31,611 nt of DNA from a virus (taxonomy: Duplodnaviria > Caudoviricetes), in the IMG/VR virus record IMGVR_UViG_3300033076_000135, positions 1-31,611 of that record; one strand, given 5' to 3'. The position numbers were made by a program, and so were the translations under genes. The notes under the pieces are model-generated. The model did not search any database. It was not told where the DNA came from and was given only the letters and a program-made list of their open reading frames with translations. Below, piece by piece: positions 1-6,131 of the stretch. How positions within the stretch are numbered: the stretch's first letter is position 1; every line of letters begins with the position of its first letter.

Positions 1-621
1 CTTGACGACATGAAGCCGCAGACCAAGGACAAGATCACGCTGGCTGATCTGGACGTGGACATCTTCTACCAAATCGACCCAGCCAAGGCTGCCGAAATCA
101 TGACGCGCTGGCCCGGTGATGCGGTCGAACTTAAAGGCGAGGACGGCGTGCGCATCGGCAACGGGTACGTGACCCGTCAAGCCCGCGAGGCTGTCTACAA
201 CGCGATTGCCAAGTACGGCAGCGACACCGTTCACACTGAGCGTGTTGCGATTGCAGCAGAGGTGGTGAAGTCGCTTCAGGCAGACCTTGACGAGTCCGCT
301 GGTAAGGGCATGTTCTTCGTTCGCTCGGCCAACGTGCGCAACTTGGTGACCGACCCAGCGCTGGAACAGTCAATCAAGGAAGCGGCGAACCGAAACTTCC
401 AGATTGCGGCCAAGCAAAAAGAGGTGGAGTTGGCCCGCGCCGAAGCCGAACGCAAGCGTGTTGAGGCACAAGGTGATGCCGATGCCATCCGCCTGCGTGC
501 TGCTGCCATCACCTCTCAGGGCGGTCGTGAATATGTCGAACTGAAGGCCATTGAGAAGTGGGATGGGAAACTGCCAACCACAATGCCGGGCCAAGTCACG
601 CCTTTTGTTCACATCAAATAA
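1..621 (+). CDS. SPFH/band-7 (prohibitin-like) protein, 5'-truncated
   Basis: The frame is open from base 1. It has an SPFH-like core (TKDKITLADLDVDIFYQIDP...AREAVYNAIAKY...VRNL), an Ala/Glu/Arg coiled coil (AEAERKRVEAQGDADAIR) and the typical C-terminal 'AIEKWDGKLP'. Confidence 0.85.
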   Translation, partial: LDDMKPQTKDKITLADLDVDIFYQIDPAKAAEIMTRWPGDAVELKGEDGVRIGNGYVTRQAREAVYNAIAKYGSDTVHTERVAIAAEVVKSLQADLDESAGKGMFFVRSANVRNLVTDPALEQSIKEAANRNFQIAAKQKEVELARAEAERKRVEAQGDADAIRLRAAAITSQGGREYVELKAIEKWDGKLPTTMPGQVTPFVHIK

Positions 622-630
622 GGAGTCATC

Positions 631-1140
631 ATGAGCGAAAACAAAGTCACCCTCGAAGGCATCAAGGCCAAAATCAAGGCCAACTGCTTCCTCGTGTTGC
701 CAGACGGCCGCACCACCATCTGCATGCTGTCTATGGAGAATGGCTACACCATCAAGGGCATCTCGGCCTGCGTGGATGAAGCCAACTTCGACATCGAGCT
801 TGGCCGCAAATACGCATACGAGGACGCCATCCGTCAGATCTGGCCTCTGGAGGGCTATCTGCTGGCCCAGCGTATGTATGAGAACCCACCCAAGACGCTG
901 ACAGTCCCAAGCGTTTTGGAGGAAGCAAAAAAGCAACTCGATGCCGAGATTGAGAAAGCCAAGGCCGCCCAGTTCAAGCTGTCTCCGCAGCGTGTGCAGG
1001 CCATGAAAAAGGCTGGTGTGTGGCAGGTGAAGGACAAGCGAGACAAGATGATCGCCGCTTATGCCAAGCATGATGCGCCATGGGGCTTTAAGAAGGATGG
1101 CACACCCAAGAAACAACCCGGAAGGAAAACCGCAAAATGA
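631..1140 (+). CDS. acb4: N4 gp49/Sf6 gp66-family (Acb4-like anti-CBASS sponge) protein with a C-terminal scaffold-like motif and basic tail
   Basis: Residues 1-83 match the recalled family pattern (TTICMLSMENGYTIKGISACVDEANFDIELGRKYAYEDAIRQIWPLEGYLL). An AAGGAG RBS lies just upstream. The C-terminal extension is described in findings. Confidence 0.75.
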   Translation: MSENKVTLEGIKAKIKANCFLVLPDGRTTICMLSMENGYTIKGISACVDEANFDIELGRKYAYEDAIRQIWPLEGYLLAQRMYENPPKTLTVPSVLEEAKKQLDAEIEKAKAAQFKLSPQRVQAMKKAGVWQVKDKRDKMIAAYAKHDAPWGFKKDGTPKKQPGRKTAK

Positions 1141-1643
1141 AACGCTACATCGGAGTCAAAGAGATCAATGCCACATCCATGAGTCGTGCGGCATACAACC
1201 TGTTCCGTGGCTGGGAACTGCCCAAAGACGAGAATGGTGAGGACGAGGGCTACCTCGTTGAATATCTTGATGGTGGTCAGGCCAACACAGCAACCTATAA
1301 AGGCTATGTTTCGTGGTCGCCAAAGGATGTATTTGATCGGGCCTACAAAGCCACGGAAGGCATGACCTTTGGTCTGGCCCTTGAAGCCCTCAAGCGTGGC
1401 TCCAAGGTGGCACGCAAGGGCTGGAACGGCAAGGGTATGTGGCTATCTTTGTCCGGGCCACACCAACGCATTCCGTATCAAGCCTTCTGGTCTGAGAACA
1501 ATGCAGCCTACGCCAAAGAGCAGGGTGGTTATGCGACCGTGCTGCCCAGCATTACCATGAAAACTGCGACCGGAGAAATCCTGATGGGCTGGCTTGCCAG
1601 CCAAACCGACATGCTGGCCGAAGACTGGGAGATTGCTCAATGA
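1137..1643 (+). CDS. tad2: DUF2829 (Tad2-like anti-Thoeris sponge) domain fused to an N-terminal YIG-K...SWSPK domain
   Basis: The C-terminal half MTFGLALEALKRGSKVARKGWNGKGMWL...GWLASQTDMLAEDWEI is the DUF2829 signature. ATGA overlap with the upstream gene. Confidence 0.8.
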   Translation: MKRYIGVKEINATSMSRAAYNLFRGWELPKDENGEDEGYLVEYLDGGQANTATYKGYVSWSPKDVFDRAYKATEGMTFGLALEALKRGSKVARKGWNGKGMWLSLSGPHQRIPYQAFWSENNAAYAKEQGGYATVLPSITMKTATGEILMGWLASQTDMLAEDWEIAQ

Positions 1644-1831
1644 CACCCACAATGCACCTGCGCTTTATTGAGCGCACAGAAATCATTGAACAGAACGGCG
1701 AGGCATCCATTGGCCGAAAGGTCAAAATCCTCCAGCAGTTCTGGGAGACCACCAGCGGCAAAGATGTCGTGGGCGATATGTTCGTTCAGATCTATGGCGT
1801 CTGGAAAGACATCCCATTTGTGAGAGACTGA
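1640..1831 (+). CDS. small hypothetical phage protein (63 aa)
   Basis: ATGA overlap with the upstream stop. The LRFIER...ILQQFW...WKDIP pattern recurs in small phage ORFs (recalled). Confidence 0.7.
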   Translation: MTPTMHLRFIERTEIIEQNGEASIGRKVKILQQFWETTSGKDVVGDMFVQIYGVWKDIPFVRD

Positions 1832-1832
1832 A

Positions 1833-2072
1833 ATGCAAAACCCCTACCTGAACCAAGACGAAGCCGTCAAAACCTTCCTGAGCAAGATCTCCGTCCATCT
1901 GGATGGCGACTATGACTTCAGCCCCGAGGATCTGGAAAAGATCGCCACGGGCTTCATCATGGAGGCGATGCCGAAGATCGTTCGCACAGAACGCGAGATG
2001 TGCATCGACTTCGTGCGCAGCCTGAACCACCTTGTCGCTGACAAACTGCAAGAAAAGCGAGGCCACCTATGA
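1833..2072 (+). CDS. hypothetical protein (79 aa)
   Basis: Starts 1 nt after the upstream stop and is tightly packed in the operon. Confidence 0.7.
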   Translation: MQNPYLNQDEAVKTFLSKISVHLDGDYDFSPEDLEKIATGFIMEAMPKIVRTEREMCIDFVRSLNHLVADKLQEKRGHL

Positions 2073-2236
2073 CCGAAGAGTTCATCGACTACTCGACCCT
2101 CCTGATGCGTATTGAGCACACAGAAAAGGAACTGCACGAGGCTTGTCTGAAGCGCCAGTACGAGCGAGTTCCCGGGCTTGTCGATCACCTGATCGAGCAG
2201 GCCAACAAACTCAAGCAGTGGGCATCCGTCCAATGA
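2069..2236 (+). CDS. hypothetical protein (55 aa, absent from the ORF track)
   Basis: Translated by hand: MTEEFIDYSTLLMRIEHTEKELHEACLKRQYERVPGLVDHLIEQANKLKQWASVQ. ATGA overlap with the previous gene; it ends immediately before the terminator. Confidence 0.7.
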   Translation: MTEEFIDYSTLLMRIEHTEKELHEACLKRQYERVPGLVDHLIEQANKLKQWASVQ

Positions 2237-2259
2237 AAAAAGCCCCCATCTCTGGGGGC
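2236..2259 (-). terminator. intrinsic terminator of the virion operon, between convergent blocks
   Basis: On the minus strand it reads GCCCCCA-GAGA-TGGGGGC-TTTTTT: 7 bp stem, GNRA loop, U6 tract. Confidence 0.8.
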
Positions 2260-2285
2260 AATCTCTCACATGGCAATGCGAAGAG

Positions 2286-3668
2286 TCATCTAGGAATCAT
2301 CTCGACCGGGGGCATGTTTGTCCCCGGCTCGGGTATGCGAGGCTTGAGCGGGGAGAACTTGTCCCGCAGGTAGTTGGTCAACGGGGATGCCGTCGCCAAG
2401 AACGCACCAAGAGCCTTGGCCTTCATGTTGGGAGCCATCATCAAGGCACCACCAGCGCTTCCAGCGCCAGAAACCATTGCCCCTGTGGTGTCACCCTGCG
2501 CGTAGCGCTGCTGGGCCTGCTGGGCGTTCTCAGTGGCCGCAAGACCCCCAAGTCCGCCGGTAACCGTCGGAGAGCGCAAGACAGCGCCAGCGCCGCGCTG
2601 TACAGCACCGGCAGCACGAGAAAGAGCGCCCGGGCCTTGAGGGGCTGCCGCTTGAATTGGGGTATTCGGGATGGGTTGGCTCTTGGGAAGCTGGGCCAAG
2701 GCCGCAGGCTTACCCCCCGGCACGTCGGGGCTGGCCGGAATGGCTGGCTGCTGGACGTAGGACGCCCGGGGGCCGCTGCCGACCGAAGGTTCGGGGGTCA
2801 TGATGCCGCCGTACCTTGGGTTTTCAGCATACCCACCACCCATTTGCTGGATCTGGTTCATGGCCTGACGGCGCTTTTCCAGCAGATCCCAGACTTCTCC
2901 CTCACCCTTGCCCGTGCCCAAAGCCTTTGCGGCCTCGATTTCAGGCAAACCATGAACTGTTGCGTAGTTCTGGACGGCGCTGCCCGGGCCTGTGGCTTTG
3001 GCATACGGCAAAGCACCAGTTGTTGCAGGCCCGCCAACGGGGCCAGCAGGGCCTCCGGCAGCCGGAGCCATGGTAGGGGTGCTAGGGGCCATTGAAGGGG
3101 TCGCTGATGGCGCTGTGGGGGCCTGCACAGCCCCTGAACGCAGCAAAGCGGGTAGTTCTCGCACGGCTTGGGCGGTTTGAGCCACGTTTTGGCCGAAATT
3201 CAGGGTCTTCGCAGCGGCAGCGCCAGCGCCAGCACCCAGAACATCCAGTGCTACACGGGCTTTTTGGGCTTGCAGGTCTGGACTTGCGGCCGAGCCGGGC
3301 GCAGAAGCAGCAGCCGCTGCCGGAGCGGGTGTTTCGGAAACGTCAGGAATGCCATCTTCCCCGGCCAGACGGGTGATTTCCGAGCGCAGGGAACTCACGT
3401 CGCGGCTCAAGCGCTCGTAGGCCTTCACGTTGGCTTCGGTTGGGGTGCTGTCAGCGATGTTCTCGGCGATCTTCATCTGCTTCACAGCGTTGGCGTACTC
3501 GGTTTGCAAGATCAGGAGACGATCTGCCTGCTTGCCTTCGCCAGAGGACTTCCCGGCATACGCCTGAGCAGCAAACGCCTGAATTTCATCCTCAGAAGCA
3601 CCTTCAGGGCCTGCGATCTTGAGGATCGAGCCGTCCGGCGCTTGGACTTTGTAGATCACTTCAGCCAT
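2286..3668 (-). CDS. putative ejection/internal virion protein (460 aa)
   Basis: Start moved to ATG 3668, just after the upstream stop at 3670. Ala/Gly/Pro-rich, with Gly/Ala hydrophobic C-terminal helices. Last gene of the virion operon. Confidence 0.6.
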   Translation of the reverse strand: MAEVIYKVQAPDGSILKIAGPEGASEDEIQAFAAQAYAGKSSGEGKQADRLLILQTEYANAVKQMKIAENIADSTPTEANVKAYERLSRDVSSLRSEITRLAGEDGIPDVSETPAPAAAAASAPGSAASPDLQAQKARVALDVLGAGAGAAAAKTLNFGQNVAQTAQAVRELPALLRSGAVQAPTAPSATPSMAPSTPTMAPAAGGPAGPVGGPATTGALPYAKATGPGSAVQNYATVHGLPEIEAAKALGTGKGEGEVWDLLEKRRQAMNQIQQMGGGYAENPRYGGIMTPEPSVGSGPRASYVQQPAIPASPDVPGGKPAALAQLPKSQPIPNTPIQAAAPQGPGALSRAAGAVQRGAGAVLRSPTVTGGLGGLAATENAQQAQQRYAQGDTTGAMVSGAGSAGGALMMAPNMKAKALGAFLATASPLTNYLRDKFSPLKPRIPEPGTNMPPVEMIPR

Positions 3669-3669
3669 T

Positions 3670-5145
3670 TCACTGCCTTTCAACGCCGATGAACCGGAAC
3701 TTGTTTGTGCCCGGGGCCTTGCCGCCAGCATTCACGCCAATCTTCTGGGAGATGCCAGAGATGGTGTTCATGTACTCCTGAACCATGTTGTCATAGTCGC
3801 CGGATTCCATGAACTCGTCAGCAGACTTCTTGGAGCGGCGCAAAGCCGAAGCCACCTTCTTGTCAAAGTTGGCCCGAGCCTCCAGCATGGACAGCTTGGC
3901 GAGGATTGTCGATGGATTGTCCTTCGGAGAGATGGTCGCGTTGGCAAACAGGTCTCGCTCGAAGTTGGACACAGCGCCTTGACCGGCAGCCAGCTTGGCT
4001 TGCTGAAGCTGGATGTTCGCCATGGTCGACAAGGCGTAGCGGTAACGGTCGATCTGCTCTTGAGGCAGGCCGATGTTTCGCATCGTGTCTTCCAAAGCGC
4101 CAGCTTGAATCGAAGAGCCAGAGCTTCTCACGCCCTCTTGAATCATGTTCAAGACAGCGGTTGCAAAGTCAGGACGATTGAAGATACCGAAGATTTCGCT
4201 TGCGTCAGGACGCGAGGCAATCGAACGCAGGGACGAATAAGCAGCCAGACGGCCTGTCGCATCACGGCCAGAGCCAATGAGGTCTTGCGTGCGGCCGACT
4301 TCAGCCTTGGCGGTCTCTGTCTCGCGTGTTTTTGCGCCCTCAGACTTTGCGGCCTGCTCCTCGACAGTGAGTCGGCCTGTTGCTGGCGCAGAAGTGCCGC
4401 CAGTGGTCGAGGCAACACCACGGAACTCGTCGATCCACTTCTTGCCATTGCCTGCCGCCTCGGCTTGCTTGTACTGGCTGTACTCGCCCGGTGTCATGTT
4501 GAATGTGCCGTGCTTGGTGGTGAACGGCTCTTGCTTTTGACCCGGAATTTCGAGGTTCAGGTACTGCTGCTTGTCGCGGTCGAACACGATGCCGTTCATC
4601 GAGATGACGTAACGGTCGCGGTCGTTCTTGATCATGTCGGACAGGATCTTGGCCTTGTCCGGGGCAATGATCGCCAAACGAGCGATGTCCTGAGCCGTGA
4701 CTGGCTGCGCAGAAGATGGAGCGCCCTGTGCAGGAGCCGCGCCAGCGCCGCCCGCAGGGGTAGCTCCAGCAGCGCCGGGCTGTTCACCACTCATGCGGCC
4801 GATCAGGTTGCGCATCTCGCGCTCACCACGAGTGGCTTGAGACTGACCAAGGTTGGCCTGAGCCAACTCAAAGCGCATCTTGGCGAGTTCCTGAGCACGC
4901 TTTTCCTCTGCGGCCTGAACTGGAGCGACTTGGTTGGCTACGTTCCCGAGCGCCTCGCCAAAAGATCCTGTCTTCGTGGGCGACAGAAAGCCCTGAGCCA
5001 TCGCCAACAGTGTTGGGTCAAACAGTTGCTGACGACCTTCCAGCGCTTCCAAGAGCTTCTTTTGGGCGTCTTGGTACTGCTGGACAGCCGAGACATCTTC
5101 AGGCGTCTCGGCATACAGAGACAAAGGCGATTTTGCTGTTGCCAT
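3670..5145 (-). CDS. putative ejection/DNA-transfer protein (491 aa)
   Basis: Start moved to ATG 5145 (MATAKSPL). Helical Ala/Gln-rich protein with a GQGAVSNFER motif recalled from podophage injection proteins. Located downstream of the nozzle gene. Confidence 0.6.
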   Translation of the reverse strand: MATAKSPLSLYAETPEDVSAVQQYQDAQKKLLEALEGRQQLFDPTLLAMAQGFLSPTKTGSFGEALGNVANQVAPVQAAEEKRAQELAKMRFELAQANLGQSQATRGEREMRNLIGRMSGEQPGAAGATPAGGAGAAPAQGAPSSAQPVTAQDIARLAIIAPDKAKILSDMIKNDRDRYVISMNGIVFDRDKQQYLNLEIPGQKQEPFTTKHGTFNMTPGEYSQYKQAEAAGNGKKWIDEFRGVASTTGGTSAPATGRLTVEEQAAKSEGAKTRETETAKAEVGRTQDLIGSGRDATGRLAAYSSLRSIASRPDASEIFGIFNRPDFATAVLNMIQEGVRSSGSSIQAGALEDTMRNIGLPQEQIDRYRYALSTMANIQLQQAKLAAGQGAVSNFERDLFANATISPKDNPSTILAKLSMLEARANFDKKVASALRRSKKSADEFMESGDYDNMVQEYMNTISGISQKIGVNAGGKAPGTNKFRFIGVERQ

Positions 5146-5147
5146 TA

Positions 5148-6131
5148 TTAGTCTCCAGAGCCACCGGTGCCGTAAAAGAAGGATGCATTTGCCGGATCCC
5201 AAGTTGCTGCGTCAGGCAAAGCGCCACCGAATTTGTTGCTCACCCAATCAATCAACTTGTTGCCAGCGGCATCTTTGTTTCCAAATGCCGATCCAACCAG
5301 AGTCCCCAAACCGGCAATTTGCTGAAGCGCAGACGGAGCGTAGGAACTTGGCAGAACCTGCTTCGTCTCGGATGTCGTGGTCGGGAAGGTGTAGCCTTGC
5401 AAAATCTTGGCGACATTCTGCGCCCGGGTGAGCGGAGAATCAATCTTGGATTGCTCGTAAGCCAACTGAGATGTACCCAGATCGGCCAGCGTCTTGGCTT
5501 CAGTCGCGCCAGCTTGAGACTCGGCTTGACCCAGACCGTACAGGCCTTGGCCTGCGCTGATGTCGTAGCCGCGCTCTTTCAAGGCGGCATCCAAGGCCGA
5601 CTTGTAGCCTTCGGACTTGAGCTTGGCCTCGTTGCTCAACAGGCCGGTCTGGATGTCAGCCAAGGTCTGGCCCATGGCCCCGGCGTAGCGCTGGCTGCCA
5701 AAGCCACCCTGACCCGCAAAAGCGGCCTTCAGGGCTGGCATCAGGTTGCGTTGAGTGCTCAGGGCGCTCTGCTGCTCCAGCGAGTCGATGACGTCCTGCT
5801 GATAGGGGTCATAGAAATTTGAGATGTCAGCCGCACCCACACCTGTCGCGCCAGACTGCAAAGCCTTCAAGGATTCATCCATCGCAGTGTCATACTGACT
5901 CAGCGTGGTCGGAGCGTTTTTATAGACATCCGTCAGATTTTGCGGGAGTTTCGCAATTAGATCATCGCCAGTGAATGGCGTCTTCACCCCTTCGGCATTG
6001 GTCGTGCCAAGTTGAGACTGGCCGGTCTTGGCCAACTCAGTCAGGTAATTCGTCAGGTACTGCGGAGCAGTGGCTGTGCTGGAGCCGGTCAGTGTTACCG
6101 GCGTGGGGGTTGGTGCGTCAAACAGGCCCAT
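5148..6131 (-). CDS. putative DNA-transfer/pilot-type ejection protein (327 aa)
   Basis: Gln/Ala/Gly-rich, with 'FYDPYQQDVID' and 'GQGGFGSQR' motifs and a hydrophobic C-terminal 'QIAGLGTLVGSAFG'. Its position is typical of ejection genes. Confidence 0.6.
   Translation of the reverse strand: MGLFDAPTPTPVTLTGSSTATAPQYLTNYLTELAKTGQSQLGTTNAEGVKTPFTGDDLIAKLPQNLTDVYKNAPTTLSQYDTAMDESLKALQSGATGVGAADISNFYDPYQQDVIDSLEQQSALSTQRNLMPALKAAFAGQGGFGSQRYAGAMGQTLADIQTGLLSNEAKLKSEGYKSALDAALKERGYDISAGQGLYGLGQAESQAGATEAKTLADLGTSQLAYEQSKIDSPLTRAQNVAKILQGYTFPTTTSETKQVLPSSYAPSALQQIAGLGTLVGSAFGNKDAAGNKLIDWVSNKFGGALPDAATWDPANASFFYGTGGSGD

Noticed and set aside
370-1116. 248-aa minus-strand ORF over the SPFH and Acb4-like genes
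   Set aside because: It is antisense to two genes with clear family motifs and RBS, and is not protein-like.
2143-2373. 76-aa + ORF from the track
   Set aside because: It runs through the terminator and into the convergent gene. The coupled 55-aa ORF 2069-2236 explains the region better.
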